The notes beneath the pieces were generated by a model. The model was not told the origin of the DNA. It saw only the letters and a program-made list of their open reading frames with translations, and did not search any database. Shown here piece by piece: positions 48,018 through 57,554 of a DNA stretch of 64,000 bases (position 1 is its first letter; each line of letters begins with the position of its first letter). This DNA comes from Parcubacteria group bacterium Gr01-1014_20 (GTDB taxonomy: Bacteria; Patescibacteriota; Minisyncoccia; UBA6257; 2-01-FULL-56-20). Made by a program: the position numbers and the translations under genes. The stretch lies in the NCBI GenBank assembly GCA_007376265.1, contig VMFW01000010.1, forward strand, positions 1,945 through 65,944, given 5' to 3'.

Positions 48018-48521
48018 TTAAAGCTGAACGCAGTAAAAAGGAGCGGCGGCGGTATCGGTGCAATCAAGCGTTAGCGGTGCAGCGACGGTATCAACATCGC
48101 CTTGAAGAGCCCGGTTATTTGCATCGTCTAGTTGGGCCCTTAGAACGTACACGGTGCCATCGGACTGATACTGGTATTCACGGCTGGCGTTTGGATCTTC
48201 GGGCATGTTGCTAACACCAAGAGCACTACCGATAATGATGCCACCAAGATCGGCAGCTGCGATAGTGACCGGAAGGGTAACGAGGCCCGCTGCTCGAGCA
48301 CCACAGGCGGGAGTGGCTTGCGCGGCACCGGGATAATAACCACACTTCGTGTAGTAAAGTTCCAGGCCGGTCTGGATTTGCTTAATGTCAGAAATTCTTC
48401 TCGCGTCCCTACCCTGCCTCTGAAGAGGCCCTAAACCGACTAGAACCACCGAAGCTAAAATACCGATAATGGCTACAACGATGAGAATTTCGATAAGCGT
48501 AAAACCTTTTTTGTTATACAT
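48018..48521 (-). CDS. Type IV pilin (probable major pilin / GspG-like)
   Basis: KGFTLIEILIVVAIIGIL, RDARRISD, LELYY...YP. Confidence 0.9.
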   Translation of the reverse strand: MYNKKGFTLIEILIVVAIIGILASVVLVGLGPLQRQGRDARRISDIKQIQTGLELYYTKCGYYPGAAQATPACGARAAGLVTLPVTIAAADLGGIIIGSALGVSNMPEDPNASREYQYQSDGTVYVLRAQLDDANNRALQGDVDTVAAPLTLDCTDTAAAPFYCVQL

Positions 48522-48631
48522 TAAATTTTTCAGCAATAATCGACCTTTCCGTCCCCCTACCGACTAGGCAAGGGGGTATTGGTTAATTCTATCATAACTC
48601 ATATGACTTCAAGCCTAAATGTGTTGATTAC

Positions 48632-49849
48632 TTAACTACTGCCAAAGGTGGCGGTTAATTTGTAAATTGGGAGAAGAACCGCCGCAAAGAGGAAAGCGAC
48701 CATCACGCCGATACCAATCATTAGGATAGGTTGAATCAAATCGACGACGTTGTTGATAACATTATCCGCTTCTCGGTTATAGAAGGTGGAAATCCTCATG
48801 AACATCTTGTCGAGCTGACCGGTGGACTCCCCCACTACCAACATTTGGGAGACGAGCGGCGGGAAATAGTCGGGATATTTTGAAATGGCCTCGGAAAGCG
48901 GCACGCCTTGACGGATTTCTTCGGCGACCTCACGCAAAATATCCTGGTAGAGAACGTTGTCGATGGTTTGGCTTACGATCTCAATCGATTGAGCGAGCGG
49001 CACGCCGCCTTTTAAAAGGATAGCCGCGGCGTTTGAAAATCGGGTGATCGTAACCGGAACGTGGACTTTGCTCACAATTGGCAAACGAGTTTTGAGTTCG
49101 TCCCAAAAAGCCCGACCCTCCGGGGACTTAACGTAGTCGACAATGATAATGAAAAAAATGCAGACAACGAGAGCGATGGCTGGCCACCAGCGGCCAGCGA
49201 TGTCACCGGAGTTGATCAAAAGTTTTGTGAGAAAGGGCAAATCTGCGCCGCTTTGCTCGAAAACGGGCTTCAGCTGGGGAAAAACCACCGTGACTAAAAT
49301 CGTGGCGACAACAAGAAAAAGACCAATGACGATGGCGGGGTAAATCATGGCGCTCCTGGCTTTGGTTATCAGTAGATCTTCTTTTTCAGTATAGTCGGCG
49401 AGAAAGCCCGCCACTTCGTTTAGGTTGCCGGTAACCTCCGAAGAGCGGACCATGCTAATAAAGAAGTTTGAGAAAACGGCCGGATGCCGTTCAAGGGCTT
49501 GGGAAAAAGCTAAACCAGCGTCGATGTCCTCGGAGATTTGGTAGACGGTTTCTTTGAGTGTAGGCTGGTTGGTTTGGTCGTAGAGGGTTTTGAGGGCGGT
49601 GTTTAATGGTAGGCGCGCTTCAAGGAGCACGGCCAGTTGGCGCGTAAAGATAACCATATCTTTCCGTTTCACACGCTCGAAATAACTGGCCAGTCCTTCA
49701 TACCAGCGACGCTTCTCGGCTGATTCTAGATAAAGGATAAAAAGATCGTGGCTTGCCAAGATGCTCGCGGCGCTGTCTTTATCAATGGCATCGACAAAGC
49801 CAACTTGCATCTCGCCGGTTTTGTTTTTGGCTTGGTATTTATACTTCAT
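48632..49849 (-). CDS. pilC: Type IV pilus platform protein
   Basis: FTRQL, E.TG.L, AMIYP, GESTGQL; two GspF repeats. Confidence 0.93.
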   Translation of the reverse strand: MKYKYQAKNKTGEMQVGFVDAIDKDSAASILASHDLFILYLESAEKRRWYEGLASYFERVKRKDMVIFTRQLAVLLEARLPLNTALKTLYDQTNQPTLKETVYQISEDIDAGLAFSQALERHPAVFSNFFISMVRSSEVTGNLNEVAGFLADYTEKEDLLITKARSAMIYPAIVIGLFLVVATILVTVVFPQLKPVFEQSGADLPFLTKLLINSGDIAGRWWPAIALVVCIFFIIIVDYVKSPEGRAFWDELKTRLPIVSKVHVPVTITRFSNAAAILLKGGVPLAQSIEIVSQTIDNVLYQDILREVAEEIRQGVPLSEAISKYPDYFPPLVSQMLVVGESTGQLDKMFMRISTFYNREADNVINNVVDLIQPILMIGIGVMVAFLFAAVLLPIYKLTATFGSS

Positions 49850-49926
49850 GAATCATAAAGCATGAAACTGGGATCGTGGGCTCAAAATGTTGGTGATTCA
49901 TGGTTTAAAATCCATGAACCACGATT

Positions 49927-51000
49927 CTAAATCCTCTCTAATAGAATGCGGAGTTCTGATGGATTTAAAGAATAGGTCTCCGCAGTTTCGAGAGAAATCT
50001 CTTTTCCTTTCACAAGTTTAGCAAGGGAACGGTTTAAGCTGATCATCCCCTCTTGTAGACTGGTTTCGATGACGAGATCAATCTGATAAACCTTTTTCTC
50101 CCGAATTAAGTTTCGGACGGCAGGATTCACAATCATGATTTCAGCGGCTGGCACTCGCCCGCCCCCTAATCTCGGGAGTAGTCGGAGAGAAACGATGGCG
50201 ACGAGGGTGGCAGATAGCTGAGAGATAACTTGGCCTTGTTGTTCCGGAGGAAAGGAGTCAATGATGCGGTCAACAGTTTGAGAGGCGGAATTCGTATGAA
50301 GCGTGGATAAAACCAGGTGGCCAGTTTCTGAAGCGGTCATGGCAGTCGCGATCGAGGCTGAATCACGCATTTCGCCGACCATGAGAACATCGGGGTCTTG
50401 TCGGAGGATGGTTCGGAGACCGGAAGAAAAACTTTCGGTGTCGTTGCCAACTTCACGCTGGGAAATGATGCACTTATCTTGAGTGAAAAGGTATTCGATT
50501 GGATCTTCGACAGTGATGATGTGTTCGTTTCTTGCGTGATTGATCTCGTCTAAAATGGCGGCCATGGTGGTTGATTTCCCGTGACCGGCGGGACCGACAA
50601 TTAAAATGAAACCTTGAGACAACCTCGCGAAATCGTGAAGAATGGGTGGGAGGTTTAACTCTTCGAGGGTGCGGATGCGAGTGGGAATGAGCCGTAGGGC
50701 GGCAGCCATAAACCCTTTTTGGAAGTAGACGTTAACCCTAAACCTAGCTTTGTCTTCAAGGCTGTAGGCAAAATCGAGCTGTTTTTCTTTTAAGAATCTC
50801 TCCTTTTGAGTAGGGGTAAGAAGCGCCATCACTAATCCTTCTGCTTCCTCAGGCGTGATAATGTTTTCTTTCTGGATGGGAACTAGAGAGCCATCAACCC
50901 GGATGATGGGCCTGCGACCGACCCCAATGTGGAGGTCGGAGGCGCTTTGTTTGGCAGTTGTAACGAGAAGATCTTTTAACTTGTCTTGGTAGTTTTCCAC
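49927..51000 (-). CDS. pilT: Pilus retraction ATPase
   Basis: ASDLHI, GPAGHGKST, LRQDPD..VGEMRD, TGHLV.STLHT, AVRNLIRE. Confidence 0.95.
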   Translation of the reverse strand: MENYQDKLKDLLVTTAKQSASDLHIGVGRRPIIRVDGSLVPIQKENIITPEEAEGLVMALLTPTQKERFLKEKQLDFAYSLEDKARFRVNVYFQKGFMAAALRLIPTRIRTLEELNLPPILHDFARLSQGFILIVGPAGHGKSTTMAAILDEINHARNEHIITVEDPIEYLFTQDKCIISQREVGNDTESFSSGLRTILRQDPDVLMVGEMRDSASIATAMTASETGHLVLSTLHTNSASQTVDRIIDSFPPEQQGQVISQLSATLVAIVSLRLLPRLGGGRVPAAEIMIVNPAVRNLIREKKVYQIDLVIETSLQEGMISLNRSLAKLVKGKEISLETAETYSLNPSELRILLERI

Positions 51001-51056
51001 GAAGTTATAAATGGCTAATTCTTACTAAGTATACGAATTGATTTACTTGAATTGTA

Positions 51057-52781
51057 TCACACTTCCTCGGTCTCGCGGATAACGTCTTCTATCGAAATAA
51101 GACCAGCGAGGGCTTTCAAGATTCCATCTTGCCTCAGGGTTATCATGCCCTGCCGCTTAGACTCCGCGAGAAGTTTTTCGGCATTGGGACCGCTTGTAAC
51201 AATCGAAGCGACGCCGGGGGTCATCTCAAAGACCTCGAAGATGGCCATCCTACCAGTGAAGCCTTTATTTTTACAGCGGGCACAGCCTGGGGCGTGATAG
51301 ATTTTGTAGGGCTCTTTATATTTGGCGCCGAGATCACCAGAGACACCCGTGATGGCGGTCTTGATTATTTTTTGGATAGGAGCAGAAGCCTCTTCCGATT
51401 TTTTGCAATCGTTGCAAAGCAAGGAAACCAGGCGTTGGGCGATCATAAGGTTTACCGCTGATGGCAGGAGGAAGGGCTCGACTTTCATGTCGATTAACCT
51501 CGGTATGACGCCCACGGAATTATTGGTGTGGATGGTAGAGAGGACAATGTGTCCGGTTAGGGCGGCGTGGACAGCCAGGCCAGCCGTTTCGTTGTCGCGG
51601 ATTTCTCCAACCATGATGATGTCGGGGTCTTGGCGCAAAATCTGGCGCAGACCCGAGGCAAAATCGTAGCCGATTTCTGGCCTGACTTGGGATTGGTTGA
51701 CGCCGGTCACAAAATACTCAACTGGGTCTTCGAGGCTCACGATGTTTACGGATTGGTCATTTAAGGTCTGGAGGAGAGAGTATAGAGTAGTGCTTTTTCC
51801 AGAGCCGGTCGGCCCGCTCACGAGAACCATGCCGTAGGGCTTATCGAGACCGGACTTAACGGCGTCAAGATTTCTACCAACGAGGCCAAGTTGGTCGAAA
51901 GTTTTTAGACCCACGGATTGATCTAGGATTCTGATGGCAACTTTTTCGCCAAGGGGGGTGGGGAAAGTGGAGACTCTGAAATCGATGGGACGATCGTTCA
52001 CCTTACTTCGGAAGCGGCCGTCCTGGGGAATACGAGTTTCATCAATTTTTAAATTCGAGATGACTTTAACCCTTGAGATTACGAGTTGAGACATCTCAAC
52101 AGGAAGGCTGGCTGTTTCCGCAAGCTCACCATCAATTCTAAAGCGAATTCTTAGGTAGGTGTCTTGGGGTTCGATGTGAATATCGGAAGCCTTGTTTTCT
52201 ACAGCCTCTTTGATGGTATCAGCAACAATCCGAATGATGGGAGCTTCTTCAGCTCCCCCGGCCGCTTCGTCAAGCCTTACAAACTTTCGCATGCCATCAC
52301 CGGTTTTCAAGTTTAGGGATTGGACGGCGGCTTCGATCTCGCTCTTGAAAGGAGAGTATCTTTTTAAGACAGCTTGCCAGTCGCTGTGGGAGATGAGATA
52401 AATGCCCAAACTTAGGCGATGCCGGCGGGCAATAAATTTAAGCGCTTCCTGAGCTTTCTGATCATCGGGGCTAACCATTCCGACCACAAGCAGGTTGTCG
52501 GTTTTTGAGATGGGGGCGACACCGTAGGTTCTCACGGTTTCCTCGGGAATGATTTCAAGTATTTTTATATCGATCGAATCGGCGTTCAGTTTTTGATAGG
52601 GAATTTTAAGGATTCGGCTCTTAAGTTCGGCGATTTTCACGTCGTCGATCAGCTTTCGTTCGCTAATCAAACCCTCAATTTTCTTGCCTGACAAAAAGGC
52701 TTCTCTTTTTATTTTGGTTAGAGAAACCTCATCGATCAAACCGGCTTTGATCAGTTCAGTTAAAAATTGGTCGTCGGTCAT
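51057..52781 (-). CDS. pilB: Pilus assembly ATPase
   Basis: ASDIHIEP, PQDGRF, GPTGSGKS, LRQDPD, tetracysteine motif. Confidence 0.93.
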   Translation of the reverse strand: MTDDQFLTELIKAGLIDEVSLTKIKREAFLSGKKIEGLISERKLIDDVKIAELKSRILKIPYQKLNADSIDIKILEIIPEETVRTYGVAPISKTDNLLVVGMVSPDDQKAQEALKFIARRHRLSLGIYLISHSDWQAVLKRYSPFKSEIEAAVQSLNLKTGDGMRKFVRLDEAAGGAEEAPIIRIVADTIKEAVENKASDIHIEPQDTYLRIRFRIDGELAETASLPVEMSQLVISRVKVISNLKIDETRIPQDGRFRSKVNDRPIDFRVSTFPTPLGEKVAIRILDQSVGLKTFDQLGLVGRNLDAVKSGLDKPYGMVLVSGPTGSGKSTTLYSLLQTLNDQSVNIVSLEDPVEYFVTGVNQSQVRPEIGYDFASGLRQILRQDPDIIMVGEIRDNETAGLAVHAALTGHIVLSTIHTNNSVGVIPRLIDMKVEPFLLPSAVNLMIAQRLVSLLCNDCKKSEEASAPIQKIIKTAITGVSGDLGAKYKEPYKIYHAPGCARCKNKGFTGRMAIFEVFEMTPGVASIVTSGPNAEKLLAESKRQGMITLRQDGILKALAGLISIEDVIRETEEV

Positions 52782-52878
52782 TTTGGTTTACAGGTCTAGA
52801 AATATGCCAAAAAATGGGGCTACCTTCTACTCCCCTAAATTATACAACAGTCTAAAACCGATTTATAAATGGAGTCCT

Positions 52879-53169
52879 CTAGAAGGGCAGGAAAGGGTTC
52901 AAGCGACCCGTTCGCGCCTCGGACGGCGGAGTGATGCGGGGCTCGAGGGTGCCGAAGATAGGGTCGTTGTCGATTAACGCTCGGTTCAGCTTGATGGTTG
53001 AAAGTTCTGTGGTATCTTGGAATTCGTTAGGGATGACAAAGTCGACGGTCGCGGGTTTCGTGAAAAAAATGTAATAAGAAGCCGCCACGATCACGCTGAT
53101 GATAACGATCCAAGTGAAAATCGATACAAAGCTTGTCCTCCGTCTTGTTTCTTCGATAACTATAGCCAT
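52879..53169 (-). CDS. Small membrane protein (PilP position)
   Basis: TM segment, C-terminal GRLNPF; position after pilO. Confidence 0.7.
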   Translation of the reverse strand: MAIVIEETRRRTSFVSIFTWIVIISVIVAASYYIFFTKPATVDFVIPNEFQDTTELSTIKLNRALIDNDPIFGTLEPRITPPSEARTGRLNPFLPF

Positions 53170-53175
53170 TGATTT

Positions 53176-53778
53176 TTATTTATTACTACCCTGATAGTAG
53201 GTAGTGACCTCTACGCTGGCGCTAAAAACGTTAACATTGCTTTTAGCGGCGGGCCGGATGTCGGCTGAACTGATATCGAAGAGACGAATGTTGGTTTCAA
53301 TGTGACCAAGAAAACTTTTGATATCTTCGTAAGTGCCGATGAGCTGGAGGCGAAAAGTGATGGTGCCATAGGGACGAATAAGGCTGGTGCGTTTCGAAGA
53401 ATTCGGATCACCGCCCGAAATTTGCAATTCTTGAGCCTTGGTTTCGGTTACCGAAAAGGATTGAAGAGTTAGACTGTCGAGAGAAACAAGGCCACCTATT
53501 TGGGCGACGGCGCTGTAGATATCTTGATCGCCGGGGAAAGAGGCGGAGACGAGCGTCTGGAAGTCAAGACTATCCTCATACTCGGCAATGAGTTTTTTGA
53601 CTTGGGTGATTGCAGATTGCTGTTTTTCAACGAAATCTCGCCTAGCAAACTCTTCACCTCTCACTACTTGGATGTCTTCGTACTCGGGTTGGGTAAACTG
53701 GAAAAAAACGATAAAAGCCGCCACAACGAGAAAGAGGACCAAGACCATACTGACCAACCTTTTTAAAGACTGTTTCAT
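53176..53778 (-). CDS. pilO: PilO-like protein
   Basis: TM, coiled coil, GTYE..K.FL..IE...RL.D; synteny. Confidence 0.75.
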   Translation of the reverse strand: MKQSLKRLVSMVLVLFLVVAAFIVFFQFTQPEYEDIQVVRGEEFARRDFVEKQQSAITQVKKLIAEYEDSLDFQTLVSASFPGDQDIYSAVAQIGGLVSLDSLTLQSFSVTETKAQELQISGGDPNSSKRTSLIRPYGTITFRLQLIGTYEDIKSFLGHIETNIRLFDISSADIRPAAKSNVNVFSASVEVTTYYQGSNK

Positions 53779-53789
53779 TATTTAGAAAT

Positions 53790-54362
53790 TTATTCGCTCG
53801 GAGGCTCTTCTACCGGCGTAACAATGGATTTGAAATCGACGACAAGGTTTAAATTAAAGCGCCAAAATTTATTTTCCTGCTGAGAGACGCTTGATATTTT
53901 GACTTCTTTAACCTCGGGAATTTTTTCGAATACCAGAAGTTGTTCAGAAACATCTTCGAGGGTTTTTGAAACAGCGTCAACGGAAATTTGATTATTTTTT
54001 TGGTTAATACTCACTCCACCGAATGAGGTATTGATCTGGGTGTTAGCCTCTATCCAAGCAAAAATTGGAGAAAAAACGACGTGTTTACCAAGAAGAGATT
54101 TCAAGTTAACGATCTGGGAGTAGAAGTGGACAAGCTTGGCTTGGTCCGCCGGAGGAACACTTTTTGTAAAAGACGCGATTTGGTTATTGAGGCGACTAAT
54201 TTCGCTTTCTAGGTAGGGGCGGTAGCCAAAAGCGAGTCCCAGATAAACCGCCAGGCTTACGGCGAAAAGGATTGTGCCAAGCATTAAAAGCTGGCCTAAA
54301 GCACCCTGGGTTCTAGCTGGAGAACGAGATAGTTGATCAACGACTTTTTGAGGGAGGGCCAT
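53790..54362 (-). CDS. PilN-like protein
   Basis: TM plus coiled coil; lies between pilM and pilO. Confidence 0.7.
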   Translation of the reverse strand: MALPQKVVDQLSRSPARTQGALGQLLMLGTILFAVSLAVYLGLAFGYRPYLESEISRLNNQIASFTKSVPPADQAKLVHFYSQIVNLKSLLGKHVVFSPIFAWIEANTQINTSFGGVSINQKNNQISVDAVSKTLEDVSEQLLVFEKIPEVKEVKISSVSQQENKFWRFNLNLVVDFKSIVTPVEEPPSE

Positions 54363-54452
54363 TTTTAGGTTCTAGATTGTAGGTTATAGGTTCGAGATAC
54401 CACTTATCACTTCCGACCCTAAAACCTAAAAGCTGTAACCCAAAATCTTAGT

Positions 54453-55541
54453 TTACGAAAACTCTCGAAGCGTTAAGCCAAGGGCCACGCTAAAGACAGG
54501 ATTAATCTCACCGAGTAAGGGTTCGATCATTCCTGGATACTCGAATCTTAAGAATGGGGAGGCTTTGACGATGGGAATGCCAAACTCTTTTTCAAAATAA
54601 CCGGTAATGCCAGCTAAGTTCGCCCCGCCGCCACTTAGAATGATTCTTTCAACGCGAGCTGACCCAGGAAATTGGGTTTGATAGTTATACTCCGCCTTCT
54701 TAACCTCACTTATTATAACATCGACATAGGGCAACATTATTGTGGATAATTCGTAATTTGGGCCAGCATTTACGATACCGTGTTCCTTTTTAAGCTCGTC
54801 AGCCCGTAACGGGTTGATATTCAGGCTCGTGGCGAGGGCTTGAGTAAGGGAAGCGCCGGCATAGTCGCTCTGGCTGTTGAATTTTAGCTGGCCTTTATCG
54901 ACGAAAATGATGTTAGTGGAACGGCTGCCGATATCGATAATAATGGTGGGGGTTTTATCCCCGCCAACGAGAGCACGGGCGAGACTTAGGCTTTCGATTT
55001 CTAGGGCTTTTAAGCTCAAACCGGCGCTTTTAAAAATTTGCTGATATTTTTTAATTAGTTCTTGGGGGACAGAAATTAAGAGAACTTGCTCGTATTTGAA
55101 CCCTTTATCATCGGTACGCTCCCCTACTTTCATCCAGTCTAGAGCAACCTCGGAGATGGGCTGGGGAATGTATTGTCGAGCTTGATAGGTTAAACTTTTC
55201 TTAAGTTCACCCTCGGACATTTCTGGGAATTCAAAAACGCTGGTAAAAACCGAAAAAACTGGCAAGGAGGCGAGGACCTCATTCGCACTCGGTTTCATGT
55301 GCTTTAGGGCGACTTTCAGAAGATCGATGACCTCTTCTTCAAATATTTTCATATTCGCGGTCTGGAGGACATCATTTGATCTGACTAGATGACCGCTTGA
55401 CTGTAGGAAGGTGTAGTTAGTCACCATGGGAAGTTGCCGGCCCTGTTTTACTTCAACGAGTTTTATCGAGGTGGTGCCAATATCAATACCCAAGAAGTTC
55501 GGGGAGATCTTCTGGCTTAGCGACTTGAAGGGATTAAACAT
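54453..55541 (-). CDS. pilM: Type IV pilus assembly protein PilM
   Basis: GIDIGT.SIK, IDIG, LSGGGA actin-like motifs. Confidence 0.92.
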   Translation of the reverse strand: MFNPFKSLSQKISPNFLGIDIGTTSIKLVEVKQGRQLPMVTNYTFLQSSGHLVRSNDVLQTANMKIFEEEVIDLLKVALKHMKPSANEVLASLPVFSVFTSVFEFPEMSEGELKKSLTYQARQYIPQPISEVALDWMKVGERTDDKGFKYEQVLLISVPQELIKKYQQIFKSAGLSLKALEIESLSLARALVGGDKTPTIIIDIGSRSTNIIFVDKGQLKFNSQSDYAGASLTQALATSLNINPLRADELKKEHGIVNAGPNYELSTIMLPYVDVIISEVKKAEYNYQTQFPGSARVERIILSGGGANLAGITGYFEKEFGIPIVKASPFLRFEYPGMIEPLLGEINPVFSVALGLTLREFS

Positions 55542-55595
55542 TTATCCAATAATTATAGCTGATTAGTCGAACTCCTTTAAGTCCAATATATTAGA

Positions 55596-56294
55596 ATGGC
55601 CGATTTCAGTTTTTTCTCTAAATTCTTGTTTCCGGAACTTTGCTTTGGGTGCCGAGCTGACTTGGACGACTCTCGCGTTTTATGCTCGGATTGTTTCGCG
55701 CGAATTGGTAAATTTAGGACGTTGTTTTGCGGGAAATGCCGCGCGCGCCTGCCTCTGGCCAGGAAAATATGCCATCGAGACTTTCCCTACATTCTTGGAG
55801 CGGCGACAAGCTATGGCAACGAGGTCGTAAAGAAGCTGATCTATAGCCTAAAGTTCAAATCTTTAAGTTCGGCGGCGGAACCACTCACCAAAATTTTGTG
55901 CGATTACTCGGAAGGTATTTTTTCTGATATAAATATAAAAAAGTTCACTGTCGTCCCTGTTCCGCTCGCGCCGAGCAGACTCAAAGAGCGTGGTTTTAAC
56001 CAGTCGGAAATTATCGCAGGCGGGCTTGCCAGACATTTTAAACTTGAACTCAACAAAAACGTCTTGATCAGAACGCGGGAAACAAAGCCGCAGAGCGAAC
56101 AGAACCACTTCGAATCGCGGTTTGAAAATGTGAGGGGATGTTTCTTGGCAAAAAAAGAGATGCTCACTGGAACCAAGGGCATAGTTTTGATTGATGATGT
56201 CACAACTTCCGGGGCAACATTTCTCGAGGCCAGCACAGCTTTAAAGGAGGCAGGGGTAAGAAGAATAATCGCTCTCTCGGTTGCTATGGCGTGA
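55596..56294 (+). CDS. comF: ComF family competence protein
   Basis: N-terminal Cys cluster, VPVPL, RGFNQS, LIDDVTTSGAT. Confidence 0.92.
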   Translation: MADFSFFSKFLFPELCFGCRADLDDSRVLCSDCFARIGKFRTLFCGKCRARLPLARKICHRDFPYILGAATSYGNEVVKKLIYSLKFKSLSSAAEPLTKILCDYSEGIFSDINIKKFTVVPVPLAPSRLKERGFNQSEIIAGGLARHFKLELNKNVLIRTRETKPQSEQNHFESRFENVRGCFLAKKEMLTGTKGIVLIDDVTTSGATFLEASTALKEAGVRRIIALSVAMA

Positions 56295-56330
56295 GGAGTC
56301 GGTTAAGTGGTCTGTGATAGAATTATGGAG

Positions 56331-56801
56331 ATGGAAAACTTCGAGTTAACTTGGCAGGCGCCGGAGTTTGAGTACCGCGAAAAAGGCATAGCTTGGTATT
56401 GGGCCAGCATCGGAGTGGCGGTGGCCCTCCTCGCTCTCGCGGTTTGGCAGAGAAACTTTCTACTGGGAGTTTTTATTGTGCTTGCAGAAATTATGGTGAT
56501 GATTTGGGGTAATCAAGAACCGAGGATGATTGAGTTTCGACTGGACGGAGAGGGGTTGACGGTGGCCAATAGTAAGTCGTATGCTTACGCCGATGTTGAA
56601 AATTTTGCAATAGATAATGATACTAACGAGGAATGGGCAGAGGTAGTATTGAGTTTCAAAAAAAGACTTCGAGCGCCGCTTAAAGTTATTTTTTCACAAG
56701 AGGATCGGGAGGAGGTTAGAACAATTCTTTCTCGTTTTTTGGTTGAGGTGGAGCATGAAAGATCTCTAGTTGATGCGCTTGAGAAGTTTATAAGATTTTA
56801 A
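56331..56801 (+). CDS. Hypothetical membrane protein
   Basis: W.APEF...K...WY, two TM segments; TAGAAT-N7-ATG. Confidence 0.8.
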   Translation: MENFELTWQAPEFEYREKGIAWYWASIGVAVALLALAVWQRNFLLGVFIVLAEIMVMIWGNQEPRMIEFRLDGEGLTVANSKSYAYADVENFAIDNDTNEEWAEVVLSFKKRLRAPLKVIFSQEDREEVRTILSRFLVEVEHERSLVDALEKFIRF

Positions 56802-56802
56802 T

Positions 56803-56874
56803 GTCCCTGTAGCTCAATGGATAGAGCGTAGCCCTGCGAAGGCTGAGATCGAGGTTCGATTCCTCGTAGGGACA
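56803..56874 (+). tRNA. tRNA-Arg(GCG)
   Basis: Cloverleaf, D-loop TGGATA, anticodon loop CT-GCG-AA; CCA not encoded. Confidence 0.92.
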
Positions 56875-56882
56875 CAAGTTTT

Positions 56883-57038
56883 TAAATTTATGCTTAAAAT
56901 CTTTACGAGGAATCGAACAGGGAAAGGGGTCGAGAAAACGAGAGTTTTCCTGTGGCGGAGCTCACGAACCGATGGGTTTGTGGGAGCCTCGAACAAAGCG
57001 AGAGGCGACGTTCGCTTCCTCGTAGGGACACAAGTTTT
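56883..57038 (+). mobile_element. tRNA-anchored structured element with duplicate of the tRNA 3' end (copy 2)
   Basis: 57010-57038 matches 56854-56882 at 28/29; 56904-56918 is the exact reverse complement of 56854-56868. Confidence 0.75.
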
Positions 57039-57107
57039 CGGGATCCATATTAAACTAACTTGAAAATAGATGAAGCTCTAATGTAATATTAAGCCCAAGT
57101 AAATTCT

Positions 57108-57181
57108 GCGGGTATCGTATAGTGGTAATATGCGACCTTGCCAAGGTCGAGCCAGGGGTCCGATTCCCCTTACCCGCTCCA
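57108..57181 (+). tRNA. tRNA-Gly(GCC)
   Basis: GCGGGTA acceptor, loop TT-GCC-AA, U73, encoded CCA; T-loop variant GTCCGA. Confidence 0.93.
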
Positions 57182-57229
57182 AATTCTGAATAAAAAAACT
57201 AGCGCTTACACGCTAGTTCTAAGTGGCTA

Positions 57230-57388
57230 TTAGTTGATCTTTTTACCGCACCGCCGACAGCGGTTGAGTTTTTGGGCGCACTTCTCGCAATACTTGTTGC
57301 CGCTCTCGCCCGTTTTGTGGCCACATTTCTTGGCCGTGCTCATCGTCGGCAAGCCCCTAAGTGGCTTGCATTTGCTACACAGGTGCAT
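57230..57388 (-). CDS. 52-aa Cys-rich microprotein (below the ORF-track cutoff)
   Basis: GGAGG SD; MHLCSKC...KCGH...YCEKCAQKLNRCRRCGKKIN; downstream hairpin. Confidence 0.7.
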   Translation of the reverse strand: MHLCSKCKPLRGLPTMSTAKKCGHKTGESGNKYCEKCAQKLNRCRRCGKKIN

Positions 57389-57524
57389 TTGCTACCTCCA
57401 TAATGGGTTAAATGCTGCCGTAACAGTATCACTGGTAATTATTGCTGTAAAGAATCGTCCCAAGCTTGTTTTTGACTAAAAGGCCTGAAAATCTTACAAT
57501 CAGGGCACGATTTCTAAGATTTTT

Positions 57525-57550
57525 GGTAACCAATTCAATAGTTCTTCGTT
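57525..57550 (+). promoter_or_regulatory. ECF-type promoter GGTAAC-N16-CGTT (putative autoregulation)
   Basis: Immediately upstream of the ECF sigma gene; a sigma70 TTGACT-N17-TACAAT lies further upstream. Confidence 0.6.
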
Positions 57551-57554
57551 ACCC

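Noticed and set aside
26101-57038. Reading the tRNA 3' duplications as prophage attL/attR or as CRISPR repeats
   Set aside because: The enclosed segments are only about 130-390 bp, with no integrase, phage or cas genes, and each repeat occurs only twice.
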